NCBI GenBank assembly: GCA_964016885.1
Contig: OZ024740.1
Location: 43,524,001 to 43,588,000 of the forward strand
DNA: 64,000 bases
Source: Eledone cirrhosa
Taxonomy: Eukaryota
Reading direction: 5' to 3'
In this document: piece after piece, positions 38,583 through 51,905 of the stretch
Layout of the letters: each line of letters starts with the position of its first letter
Position numbering within the stretch: the stretch's first letter is position 1
Program-made: the position numbers and the translations under genes
The notes under the pieces: model-generated
Told to the model about the DNA's origin: nothing
Seen by the model: only the letters and a program-made list of their open reading frames with translations
The model's database searches: none

Positions 38583-38897
38583 GGAGTGTACTTGGAGTTA
38601 CTGTGAGTTCACTCGGGTGAGCACTCGATGTTTAGGTTCACTTCTGTGTCGAGGTGTAGAGCTAGACGGAGAGTATTATAGTAAAATAAAACAAGGACGA
38701 TTGGTTACTCTTTCATTACCGGTATTGGTTAGTGACGCGCGTTTCGCCACTGATCAGCTCAAGGTACGATCTGTATCGATCTAGCCCGACTCTATAATCC
38801 GCGGTCGAACCTTGAGCTGATCAGTGGCGAAACGCGCGTCACCAACCAATAAATGTAATGAAGGAGTAACCAATCGTACTTGTTTTATTTTACTATG
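38580..38897. mobile_element. Microsatellite-flanked insertion with an inverted repeat (approx. 38678-38765 / 38808-38897) containing the 3' half of a hammerhead
   Basis: The right arm reads ccttgagctgatcagtggc-GAAAC-gcgc-GTC-accaaccaataaa. The left arm is its reverse complement. Confidence 0.8.
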
Positions 38898-39631
38898 TAT
38901 ATATGTTTGTGTGAGTGTGTGTGTGTACATGTGTGTGTGTGTGTGTTTATATATATATGTATGGAAGCGTAAGCGTAACACTTGGTGGTGACGTAGCGAC
39001 ACCATGGGTACATTCGGTGATTCTTGTGCATTGGAAATCTAGTCAAGGACTTTCATTCACCAGATCAATCACAACCGATGTGTTAGTTTAAACGTGATTG
39101 AGGGGTAAGAAAGAGATATACAGGGGAGAACGACCAGTACAAACTGGTATTTTTTATCGACCTCACAATGATGAAAGGCAAAATCGACCGCTCTGGGATT
39201 TGAACTCAGGGCGCTGTGTACTGGAACACCTTGCGAAACGCATTCTATCTAATGTTTTAACGAAACTGCAACTTCACCGCCTTGAAATAACATAGTTACA
39301 TCCGAAACCAATTCAAGAGCCAGCCATAATTCTCAGTTAAATGTATATTATATCAAGTTTGTCTCTATATCTTTGAAAATGAATGAACGTAGCATCACTT
39401 CCCATCTTAACGTACTTTAACACCTCGTATAATGTAATTAAAACAATGTCGTACACAAATGTGGTTTACTCAATACCTATAATGAAAAAGGTTTTCTCGA
39501 TTTCAGAAAGAATAAATGGAACTTGTATCTGAGATATACTGGTAATTAGTTTGTGTAATGAACTAGTAATTAATTTACAAGAAAATATATTGATTAACTC
39601 TTGTTTTTAATTCATCATTTAAATATCCACA

Positions 39632-39825
39632 GGCCGGTGGATTGGCAGTATCGGTAGGTGGTCTGACGCCATGCTTTGCAGCATAGAGTTACGACCCTTT
39701 GCGGTCTGAGTTCAAATCCCGCCGCGGTTAACTTTGCCTTTCATCCTTACGGGGTCGATAAAATAAAGTACCAGTAATACACTGGGATAATTGCTGGCCT
39801 TGTGCCAAAAGTAGAAACAATTATT
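39632..39825 (+). mobile_element. SINE copy
   Basis: Full head, core and tail. Confidence 0.9.
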
Positions 39826-40819
39826 TAAACCTCCATAATATAGAACTAAAAATCCAATTTTTAAAAACCCCTTAGCAGGAATAGTGGTGAGCATATGAAT
39901 TAGTATTCAAAACAATGACTTTAAATCTGCAAATCAGCTATAAGTAGCAGTGTTTGGTATACCTGAAGATTGTTTAATGCATATAAGACCACTCAGTTAT
40001 GTAGAGTCTTGATTATTCATTAACACCTATTTTAGAATTGAATACTGGGACATCTGTGAAATATAAATATATAATTTCGTCGTTCATGGTTACGTGGAGA
40101 TCTATGTCGCTTGGTCAATTTTCAGGGCTTGTGCTATATATTCTACTCATAGTTTGATATTATATACATTCAATCCTATTCAACATCTACAAATAGTATT
40201 ATTCTCTACAATCTTTAAATGATTAGAGAGTACTTTTCGATCACTTTTTTCCAACTTTACCGATTATATTTTGATGACAATATGTAGAGGAAAAAGACGA
40301 AATAGTTCTCTATTTTCACATCAATTTTAGGAGCAGATTAATCGTTGATCGAAATTACCAATATAATAACGGAATATATATTGATGGAAGCGAAATCTAG
40401 CAATTTAATACGAGTGTATTAGTTGGACGAAACGAAATCCAACAATTTAATAGCAGCATATCACTTACGCGAATCCAAATCAAGACCGATAAGTAACCCA
40501 CCAAGGTATCAGTTGGTCGAAACGAAACCGGGGCAAAAGAAAATCTACCAATTTAAGAGCTAGTAATCAGTTGGTCGAAATGAAACATTATCAGTCTACT
40601 AGTAGATTATCAGTAGCTCATATCTACTGTCTGGAGCTGAGTACAATCTTTTTACCAGACGTTTAATGTTTATAAAGTCCAATCCATCGACAATGCTCAG
40701 GTGAAACAGGTGGAATATATTATAGCTTAAAATAACTGATCATTTTCAAATTTCGTAATACACACACACACATGTGCGCGCGCATGCACACATACACACA
40801 CACACACACAAACACACAC

Positions 40820-40888
<69 letters not shown>

Positions 40889-41385
40889 TGCTACTTCTAG
40901 TTGTCGATAACCTTATTCAAGCCAATGGGACGAAGCTGGTACGATGTGTGTATTTTTAGTAAATACACCATGTGTTACAGGCCAGTCGCTGATTTGAATT
41001 TGATGCGTAAACACAGATGGTTAGTCCTCTTACTTGTTGAAAATCCAGGATCTGGCTACTGTCGTTTACCAATCGATTAATTGGTGAAATATATTTCTTT
41101 AATGGAATATATACAAGGAAGATTAATCAATTTATAAGGTAACAATTTTTGAAGTTCTGGTTAAACTTTATTTAGTTACCTACATAGCTATGTGTGCTTA
41201 GACACTTTTACAAATTATCCCCTGTGATTGTTTCATATGTTTATTTTAGATATATTTATATGTCAATCAATTTCTAGATGATATAAAATGCTCGGATCTA
41301 TTCATTGGAATCTTGGATCATATTTTACGGGTGATGTGGCGCATGTCTATATGACACCCTTAATTTAACATAATTTTGTATATAT

Positions 41386-41447
<62 letters not shown>

Positions 41448-41579
41448 TTCCTGTCAATTTAACTGTTTGGGTATTGGCCGTGTAAGGATTTCTCTGCCCA
41501 TCTTTTTAACATGGCATTCTGGATGTCAGTTTTCAATTTAAATTTTGTCTTTCACAATTTCTATTGTTGTGTTTTCTTT

Positions 41580-41674
41580 CTTTACGGGGTCGATAAAATA
41601 AAGCACATGTAAGGCACTAGGGTAATTCCTGGCCTTGTGTTAATTGTAGAAACATTATTATTATTATTATTATT
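41580..41674 (+). mobile_element. SINE 3' fragment ending in (ATT)n
   Basis: tttacggggtcgataaaataaag...ggccttgtg...gtagaaac-attattatt. Confidence 0.75.
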
Positions 41675-44600
41675 GTTCTTTGAGTCTCAGTCATTGATGT
41701 TAGTTAACTGGAAAGTTTGTTGAAATGAATATCAATTCACTACCTGCAGCCTCAGATATTCAGGACGTATCGGAGGGTTCTTGCTGTTCCCAGCAAGCAT
41801 GCCTTTTGAAGTGTTCCAAAAAGCGGGGCGGGGCCAATTTTCTTTAACCATCCCTGAAAACCTTTTGAGATAGTACCTAGTGCGCCTATGACAATCGGGA
41901 TCACTTTGACTTCATGGCAGTTCCAAATCCTTTTTGCCTCCCACTTTAAGTCCTGGTATCGGTTAATTTTCCCCCTCTCCTTCTCTTGCACTCTCGTGTC
42001 GAATGGGCAGGCCACATCCACAATCAGGCACGATCTTTTTTCCTTGTTCAAAACCACCAGGTCAGGTCTATTGTGTGCCAGTTTCTTGTCCGACTGTATA
42101 CTAACATCCCATAGAACCTTCACCTGATCGTTTTCTATCACCGACTCTGGCTTATGCTCATACCACTTCTCAGAATGTGGTAAATTGTCTACTTTGCATA
42201 GGTGCCAGTTGATCACCCTGCCTATCACATCATGTCTCCAGCCTTTATAGTGAGTCTGGGCTAGGTGTTTACACTGGGATACAATGTGAGCCACAGTCTC
42301 CTCTCTCTCTCCACAGATCCTGCACAGTGGGCTAGCATCCTCCTTGTAAATATGGTGTTTCAGCCACTTCGTTTTGAGAGCCTGCTCTTGCGCAGCCATT
42401 AGCATTCCTTTTGTAGCCTTTTTAAGGTCTCCTCTTCTCAACCAGTTCCATGTCTGTGGATCTCTGAATTGCGTTTTCCCAAAGCAGGTACTATGAAGGG
42501 ATTTTTCATGAAGTTTGATCTTTCTCCTCGTTGTTATTTCCTCCTTGGACATCCCCTGGTCTATTGTCTTCTCCTTCAGTACAATTCTGAGCATTGGCTC
42601 CTTACTATCGGTCACGTATTTGTGTAGGTTGTTTTTCTCCATCTGAACACAGTCCTCTATGCTGATAAGACCTCTTCCACCTTCAGATCTACTTAAGTAG
42701 AGTCTATCGACATCACTCCTCTTGTGGAACATGTTGTAGTTAGTAAATAGCTTCCTAGTCTTCCTATCCATTTCTTTTTGTTCAGCAACATTCCATCTCA
42801 GAATTCCCGCACTGTACCTAATAATAGACACAGCTCGGGAATTTACTGCACTTATGGCATTCCTACTGTTCACATGTGACTTTAATACGCTCCTTACTCT
42901 CCGAATGTATTCAGATCTTATCAATTCCTTCATTTTTTTGTTCTTGATGTCATCAGCCATCAGAATACCCAAATACTTGTATCTTTCTTCAGTGTCAATT
43001 TCCTTTATCATCTCACCTGTTGGTACCTGGATACCGTTGCTTCTGCTCAATTTCCTCCTCTTCATCACAAGGACTCCACACTTACTAATACCAAATTGCA
43101 TACATATATCATTGCTGAAAATACGGACAGTGTCAACAAGCACATCAAACTCCTTCTCACTCTTCCCGAAGAGCTTAAGATCGTCCATGAAGAGGAGGTG
43201 ATTGATGGTAAGCTCTCCCTTTCCCAACTTGTATCCTGCTCTCACTTTTCGCAGTATAATGGTCAAAGGCATCAGGGCAAGGACAAACAACAGAGGGGAC
43301 AGACTATCTCCCTGGAAGATACCTCTCTTGATCTTCACGCCTCCCAAGGATTTTCCAGCTGATGTTAACTCTGTTTTCCAGGACTTCATACTTTTGCTCA
43401 ACAACTGTCTGATGTTATCTGCCACCTTGAAGATCTCTAGGCTTTTGGTGATCCAAGAATGAGGCACCATGTCAAATGCCTTTTTGTAGTCTATCCATCC
43501 CATGGCAAGACCAGTGTGTCTCCTCTTGCAAATCCTCATTACCATCTTATCAATAAGTAACTGGTCCTTTGTACCATGGGACTTCTTTCGGCATCCTTTC
43601 TGTTCGTCCGGTAACAAGTTGTTTGTGTGTAGGTGATGGTAGATTTCCTCAGACACAATGCTTATCAACAGTTTCCACATTACGGACAGACATGTAATAG
43701 GTCTATAGTTGGTAACATCATTACCCTTGATTAGGTCTTTCATTACCAGAACTGTGGTACCTTTGTCAACCACTCTGGTACCTCACCTGACATCAAGCAG
43801 CCATTGAACATGGTTGTCAGTTTCGTGGGGAGGGATGTTACATTTTTAATCCAATACCCCTGCACACCATCTGGGCCTGGTGATTTCCAGTTGGTGAGCT
43901 TTTGGGCCTGCCCCTTGAGAGTTTCAACAGTGATACTCAAATCAGTTTGTTGGTGTGCCTGTTCACTAATCTCTTTTTGTACTGTCTCAATCCACACTGC
44001 CTGATCATTATGTTTAACATCCTGCTCCCATATTCCTCTCCAGAATGTCTTAGTTTGTTCCGCATCAGGGATCAAGTCGTTGCCTCTTTCTTTCCCTTCA
44101 AGCTGTCCAAACAACATCTTCTGGTTGTTGTCAAACATGCGGTTCTGTCTATACTGACTGACTCTGCTCTCGTATCGCCTAATTTTTGCACTCTTTGCTA
44201 CAATGCATTGCTTCAGTTCCTCTATGATAATATTTAGCTTTTTCCTCCTAGTTTTGTACTTTATTTCCAGTCTATTTTTAGTGTCTATGTTTTTTAGTGT
44301 CCCATTCAGTAGGGACTCAAGCTTTTCAATGTCATTTCTCATTTTCCTGATTTGACCATTCAGTCGTTTCTTCCACCAAGGTTCTGATCTTTCTTGTTTG
44401 TTGTTTCCTCTCGCTTTTATGCCAAGTAATTTCTTCACCGCATTTGCTGTTGCTTTGAGGATATTGTTGCACTGGTGAAGGCTCCTCGCCTCAAGGTATG
44501 GGATGACTTTGTTTACCTTAGCTGTTGTTTCTTTTAACCTTTTCCTGTCTTCAAATCTTAGGTTCATAGGTTTCCCACTATCATTGTTCATTTCATCTAT

Positions 44601-46000
44601 CACTAAGTTTAGGATATCAACCAAATCTTGTCCTAGCCCGTCAGCATTCATTTCCTCAATTGTCGTATCTTTGTTCGAGGTATTATTTATTTCAGCATTC
44701 AGATCATTGTCTGCTTCGAATGGTTCCTCCGTTCTCTCAACCTCTTCACCTTCATTTCCCACTGGCTCATTTTTCTGGCATACTCCACTCTCCATTTCCA
44801 ACCTAATCTCTCTGCTCAGTTCCTCCAGTTCCAGCTCGCTTATCCACCCATTAGTTCTTATTACCCGAGCCTGCCCGGCCAATTTTTGTTCATCTAATTT
44901 AAATAGGCCAATCTCGTTCCAGATGTTATGCATCCGTTTCCTATAGCCTTTTTCCTTGGGGTTACTCTTCAGGTAACATTGCATAACAGTTCTATTCAAT
45001 TCTTTCGTCCAGTTGGTTCTGATCCCTTTCCTTTTTCTTCTTCCTCCGACACCAGCAGTATTTGGTTGACAGCCAGGTCCCTGCTGCTGTGCCAGGGAGC
45101 ACCTGCTGGGTGAGAGTCTGTCACATGACATTCCAGTCTCCACTTCACTGTTATTCGAACTGTTTAGGTTCAATATTGAAATACTCTTATCGAGGATTGG
45201 TGAATGTATGGTTACATAACCACCGGTGAATTTATCATCTCCGGTGATTTGATCACCCTCGGTGATTTTAGCGTGGCACTATCACGCTGTAGACGAACAT
45301 AAATAAACAAACAAACAAATAGGTAAAAACCCAAAAAAATAAGCATAAGTTTCATTGTAATGTAATGTTTGAATGTCTGACTTAGTTTTTTTTTTTGCTT
45401 GTCTGTCTGTCTGTTTGTTTTTTTTTTTCTTTTTTCTTTTCTTTACGTTTTTGTTGCTGCTGTGCTGTTTTGATTTTGATTTTTGATTTTTTGATTTTTT
45501 GACCAGGTCATCAAATCAGTCTATTTATATCTTTTGATGCCTTCCTCATTTAGTCGGAGTACTATGATGCCTGTCTTAGCAGGAGGTAGTGGGAGAGAAT
45601 AGCGGCGGTAGCGATAATGAGGCAGTGGTGGTGGTGATGTGATCGTAGTACTGTAGTGATGGTGTTGAAGTTGAAGTAGAAATAGAAGTTGAGGTAACTT
45701 GACTAGAGTTTTTGGCGTGGTAGTGGTGATCGTGGCGGTGGTGGTGTTGAAATCATTTGCCTGTCTGTCCACTTAGCCATTTTCTCTTTTTCGACTATAA
45801 CATTTCTGATCCAAAATTAAATATTAAATATTAGGGCCCTATGCCGTAATGTGATGCGTTGTTGCCTGCTGAGGGTGAAAACTGTAATCTTATATTTCAC
45901 TTGTAATAAGAATTATTCTATCACAGTTGTTTTAAATAAGTAAAAATCAAAAACTTACGGGAGCGATTCCATAACGATATATATCCACCATGTGCCTTTT
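41675..46000 (-). mobile_element. R4/Dong-clade RLE LINE copy A, full length, one frameshift
   Basis: RT, CCHC and PD-(D/E)xK domains. The 3' end abuts (TTA)n, and the 5' UTR is homologous to that of copy C. Confidence 0.88.
41752..45173 (-). pseudogene. Dong/R4 ORF (ORFs 43743-45173 and 41752-43773) split by a 1-bp deletion
   Basis: [70 protein letters not shown]. Copy A reads gtacctttgtc where copy C reads gtaccttttgtc. Confidence 0.9.
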
Positions 46001-46028
46001 ATATTATATTATTATTATTATTATTATT

Positions 46029-49000
46029 TGCATTTATCTTGCTTTATGTTTATACGAGTTATCACCAAGTCACAACCAGTGACCTCAAGAGACAACAAGG
46101 TCCGCCATGTTCAAGAAAGAACATACATATTCACACATGCATCCTTAGTGTTTAGACTTGTGATGTACTTATATTGACAGGATCTTCCTTAGTATATGGG
46201 CAGTTCCCATTAGTACTATCTTTTGTATTTCTCCTATACGCGGGTTTCCTGGGGTTTGCGATAAGTAGTCGTTAGACCCCTTAGGTATCATTCCCAGAGC
46301 GCCTACAACCACTGGTATTGTTTTAGTTCTCAATTTCCACATTTTTCCAATTTCTATCTCCAGGTCCTTATACTTGCTCAATATTTCAAATGTTTTTATA
46401 GATACATTCTTGTCTATTGGAACAGACATATCAATTAGCAGGCATACCCTCCTTTGAAAGTCCTTCAATATTATATCAGGTCTATTTGCATCTATTTTTC
46501 GGTCTGTTTGGATGCTAAAGTTCCACAAGATTGAGATGTGATCTTTTTCAAGTATGGGAGGTGGTTGATGTTCCCACCAATTCTTTTGATGGGGCAGGTC
46601 AAAATGCTTACACATTATCCAATGTATGTATTGTGCAGCTCTGTCATGCCTGTTTAGGTATTCGGTTGGAGCTATAGGACTGCACATTGAAATTATATGG
46701 TCAATGGTCTCTGGTTGTTTTTTGCATACACGGCATAATGGGCTGCACCCATTTTTTATTATGTTGGCTTGGTAATTTTTTGTTGGCAGACACTGATCTT
46801 GTGCGGATATAATCAGTCCTTCAGTCTCCGATTTCAGTCCAGTGGATGCCAACCACTGATGGGTTAAAGTTTTGTCAACATCAGGATTGTTAGCTCGCTC
46901 TGGGTATTTTCCATACAGAGGCTTTTCTTGCCATTTCTTAGCCAGTTTCTGTAGCAGTTCTTTCTTTGCAGTTACTTTTACCTGCTTTGCTTTTTCTGTG
47001 TTTTCCATTTCAGCAGTAAATGGGACTTCTGAAATTTGTAGTCCATTACTGTATCTTTGTGCATCTTTTGTAATGGAATATGATCTTTTGGTGCTTTCGT
47101 GTTTCAAAACGAGTTTGATCATCCAATCATGTGATTCCCTTAGATATGTGGATAATCCAATTGTTGCAGTTTTCAACGCAATGTCTAACTGGATTAACCC
47201 ACGTCCTCCTTCTTTCCTAGGGAGATATATTCTATCTATGTCTGCCTTAGGGTGATGCATTCTGTGCATGGTTAAGAATTTTCGGATTTTTGTATCGAGC
47301 CTACGGATCTCTGTGCTTGACCAGTTGATGACATTGTAACTGTAGGTTACTACTGGTATGGCAAGCGTGTTTATGGCATCGATCCTATTCCTTGCATTCA
47401 ATTCCGTTCTTAAGATTGCTCTGACTCTGCGGTAACATTCCTTCCTTATCCTTTCCCTCATTGTCGAGTGCTTGATTCCGTCTCCTTCACAAACACCTAG
47501 ATATTTGTAAGTTTGCTCTTGATCAAGCTCTCTTATCACGTTCCCCCGATCAAGATTAATGTCTGAACTCTTCAGCAGCTTTCCTCTGGTGAACGTGGCT
47601 TTGGTGCATTTATCCAGTCCAAACTCCATTTTAATGTCATCACTGAACTGCTTCACAGTGGATAATAGCCCTTGCAATTGTTCATCATTTTTTGCAAATA
47701 GTTTCAGGTCATCCATGTAGAACAGGTGATTAATGGTTTTGTCATACACTCTATATCCATGTTTTGTTTCATTGAGCATTTTACTTAATGGTATAAGTGC
47801 GATGCAGAATAAAAGCGGTGATAAAGAGTCACCCTGAAAAATTCCACAATTAATGTTAACTTCTCCAGCTTCCAGTGATTTTGTTTCACTATTCAAAAGG
47901 AGTGTCGTTCTCCATGTCCTCATACTGAATGACAAAAACCTCCTGACAACGGGGGATATTTTGAAAATCTCTAAACATTTTTCAATCCAACTGTGTGGCA
48001 AACTATCAAATGCTTTTTTATAATCTATCCAAGCAATCGATAGATTTTTGTGTCTATTATGACAATCTTCCAGTATCATTTTGTTAACCAGAAGCTGATC
48101 CTTACAGCCATATGAGCCTCGTTTACACCCTTTCTGCTCAATGGGAAATAGGTCATTTGTTATCAGGTGGTCATATGTGTATTCAGTTAGGACTGATGTT
48201 AAAATTTTATACATTGTGGTCAAGCAGGTTATCGGTCTGTAATTTTTGGGATTGTTTGTCTCATCATTCTTCGGTAGCAGGAATGTAATGCCGTTAACTA
48301 GCCATGATGGTATCTTTTCTGGCTCCTTAACTATTTCATTGTAAAGTTGGGCTAACAGCTCATGAGACTCTGTGAAGGCATTTATCCAAAAGTTTTGTAT
48401 TTTGTCTTTTCCTGGGGATTTCCATTTGCTGGTTTTTCTTAGAGCCAAGCGCAGCTGTTCAACTGTTATATTTTCCCATGTTTGTTCTTCAAGGTGAGCT
48501 GTTTCTTTCATTTGTCCGTCTATCCATGGGGCATGTATGTTATGAACTTTTTCTTCGGCCCAGATCTTTTCCCAGAATTCTTGCACTTCCTCCTTGGGTG
48601 GTATTGATTTAGCAGTTATTGTTGACTTACCAATTTTTCTCTAGAAGTTTCTTTGGTTGTTTTTGAACATATTATTGTCCGTATAGAATCTAGATCGTTT
48701 TTCAAAGCGCCTTATACGAGCAGCTTTGGCCGACACTTTTTGCTTGATTGTTTCTATCAGCATGTCTATGTCACATGTTGATCTTATACTGTACTTTTTT
48801 TTCAATTTTCTAAGTTTAGTTTGTTTAACATGTTCACCTACTTTATAGTTTGTTAAAATTTCTATGTCAGATCGGAGAAGGTTTATTTGGCGATTGATGT
48901 TATCTTGCCAAGTAGATTTCTTGTGGGAATTCCTTTGTTTTTTCATCTTCACTCCACATAAGTGAGTGGTGACTTTAGCCGATGCATAATAGAGATGATT

Positions 49001-50000
49001 TAAGTCAGTAATGTTTAGTTTGTTTGTGATGATAATGTTTTTGAGAATTATGTTAGTCTTGTGTATTATCTTTTGGTTCTGTTTGGAGTTCTGGATCTTA
49101 GGGAGGGTGTCTCGTTCCCCCATGTCAGATTCTTTCATTTTCATCCATTCGATCATAATTTCATCCTTCAAGTTGGCAAGTTCATTCTCATTCATTTCTT
49201 TATCATTTACGATCTCATTATTTCCATTTGGAGTTTCATCCTGAGCATGCACTCCCTCCACTTTTTCGCTCCTTTCTTTAATTTGTTCTGTTGCCAGTGA
49301 TTCCGCCCCAACCCTGGGATTCGAAGTGTTACAGTTTACCTCGTTTTCACTGACACATGCTTCATTTTCCCTTCGCTGACTTTGTGCTACTAGCTTGATC
49401 TGATCAATTTCTATATCAGTTAGTAACTTTTTTCTTACAATATTTCTTCGTATATTGGCTAGTTTGTTACTATCAATATAGCCTCTGTTTTCGGGATGTT
49501 TCTTTTTCCAGTTGATATATGTTTGTTCTGTATTCGATGTATTTGATGGGTAGTACATGGCAGTGTAGAAAGCCTCAAGGACTTCTTTATTATCTTCCCT
49601 TGACCATTTTTCTCTCTTTTTCTTTGGATTTCTTGGTGGTGAGCATGGAGGGCCAACAGTAGGAGTATTCCGGTTATGGGAGGTCTCCAGCTCCGAAGTG
49701 ATGGGAAGGTTTGAACCATTAGCTGATTTTTCGACCCCAGTCTGGTTCCTCTCTGAGGGACGCGGCCCTTTTTTACCCGGGTGACGGCCGATCCGGTATG
49801 AGATTTCATCATTAGACATCTACTTTATTTTGTCGCGTTTTATCCTTATCCGCCAAGGGGTAATCATTTCGTGTTACCACTTCTAGAACGAGTGTCAACC
49901 AAGACTAGAGGGGTCGTTCTCCCCTAGAGACATGGCTATTCCCCGCCGGCCGCCATCCCGGTATTTCTTGGTCACGGGGTTTTCTTTTTGTTGTTTTTTT
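46029..50000 (-). mobile_element. R4/Dong-clade LINE copy B (divergent family)
   Basis: Same domain set with a different sequence. The 3' end abuts (TTA)n at 46007-46028. The 5' boundary is uncertain and may extend to about 50925. Confidence 0.85.
46169..49819 (-). pseudogene. Dong/R4 ORF (about 1216 codons) with a single in-frame TAG at 48641
   Basis: ORFs 48641-49819 and 46169-48586 are in the same frame. Motifs include YMDD, CRVC..ETIDHIISMC, RHD and RPDI..LIDMSVP. Confidence 0.9.
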
Positions 50001-50119
50001 TAAATTGTTATTATCATGAGTGGTTCCTTAATGTGAGCATTGCGTGGCTTAAGAATGAAATTATTAATAATTGTCTCCACTCCAGGCACAAGGCCAGCAA
50101 TCACCCAGTGCATTACAAT

Positions 50120-50925
50120 AATATAATATACTTTTTGTTGTAGTTGGCTGTTATTGCTGCTGGCTATGTCGGTGGTGGTGCCGGGGCTTTTTATATTGTT
50201 GGTGAGAAAGGGGTGAGCCAGCAGTCCCATAATTGTTGATGTAGACGTTTGTCCGTGGCAAGGTCACCAAGTCAATCTATTTATATCTTTTGCTAGCCTC
50301 TCTCTTGTCTAGTGCTACCGCCACCTTCCCTTTTCTCTCTCAAGTTAACAGGGGAATAGTGTCAGTAGCATTGAATGAGTGGTGGCGGCGATGATGGATG
50401 TGGTGGGGGGGTGGCAGCGGTGGTGTTGTGGTTACTGATATAGTATCTATGATTTTGTGTTCGTATGTTTAATATATATTTTCATTATATTTTGTGTTGA
50501 CATATTCCCGTAAAATTTGAATTAAACATTTTTTTAAATTTGAGACAATAATAATAGTAATTATTATTATGATGCCGGTGAAGTTGCCGTTATATTTAGT
50601 GTGATGGGATAGGTAGTGTATCAAGTTTCTGGTGTTGGTGAAATTGAAATTGCCGCTGTTCTATATAGTGTAGACAGAGGGTGTTTTGTTCCATTTATAA
50701 CCATTTTCTTTTTTTGAATACAAAATATATAATACAAAATTGAATATTTGAGCGATACAACAATATAATATGGATCCGAAACTTTATGGGACCTCATTCG
50801 GTGCCTTTATGCAACATTTGTGCTAAGAATTGTTCTTTCACAATTGATTTAAATATGTTAAAAATCAAAAAACTTATGGGAGCAATTTCGTGACGTTCTA
50901 CCACCTCGTGCGTCTTCTTCCCTTA
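50120..50925 (-). mobile_element. Dong-type 5' UTR homologous to the 5' ends of copies A and C
   Basis: aaaactta[c/t]gggagc...cacctcgtgcgtcttcttccc is shared with 57024-57075 and, more weakly, with 45951-45997. Confidence 0.7.
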
Positions 50926-50937
50926 TTCTTATTATTA

Positions 50938-51793
50938 GTGGAGGGGAAGAGCGACGACGTACTTGGAGAAACTCTAGGCGTCGACGAAAATCAACTAGCC
51001 AATCTCTTCGGAAGGACTTTCGGGCCGGGGCCTATGGACAACTTCCAGAAATCCCTGGCCTGGCAGTGCTACCGAGGAGCTTTGCCAGTTCGGGATAAAC
51101 TCTACAGGCATGGAGGTGCCGTCAGCCGGGCATGTCCGAGATGCGCGCAGGGCGACGAAACCGTCCTGCACGCACTCGTCCAGTGTCCGAGCATTGCTGA
51201 CTTGTGGGTTTATGTCGAACACCTGCTGTCACGTGTAGGACGGATCCAGCTATCAGCTGAGTCCATCGTGAGGATTGCCCCGCCCCCTTCCTTTAGCCTG
51301 GAAGGGCAGGCAGTTTTTATCTGTCTGGTGGCCATGGCGAAAGAGATAGTATGGTGGACACGTTTGAAAGGGCTGAAGACGAGCACTTACCTCTTCGGTG
51401 ATGCCCTGATTAACTTTTTCAAATTTCATTTGAAAAGGAAAATCAGGGTAGAGAGGGAAGTGCTCTCTTCCCAGCATTTTGTTGAAAGATGGGTGAGAGA
51501 AGCAAGTATGGCCCGAATGAATGGGCCTTCTCTGAGTATGTGTCTGTAAATTAAAGGTGGAAAACTGGGAGAGGGCACTTGCCCTGGTGGTCAGGGCCAC
51601 TGTGGTCTTTTAATGGGCTTTCTCCACAAATGTCCCTTGGAAGTCTCCCCCCTATTGGGGAATTTTTCTTTGTTATTTTATTTCAACCTCTGTTTTTTTT
51701 TTACACGCAGAAATGCCCATTTGTACCGTCCTGTATTGTCCTGTACTGTCCTTAATGTCTACTTTATGTGAACCCTTGTGGTTAATAAAGAAA
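50938..51793 (+). mobile_element. 5'-truncated Tx1/L1 3' fragment related to the 15-21 kb LINE, inserted in (TTA)n
   Basis: KSDDVLGETLGVDE...PMDNFQKSLAWQCYRGALPVRDKL...CPRC matches ORF 20109-20666. It ends in AATAAAgaaaac. Confidence 0.9.
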
Positions 51794-51905
51794 ACATTAT
51801 TATTATTATTATTATTATTATTGTTGTTATTCCTTGAATCTCAGTCATTGATGTTGGTTAACTGGAAAGTCCGTTGGAATGAATATCAAGCCACTACCTG
51901 CAGCC

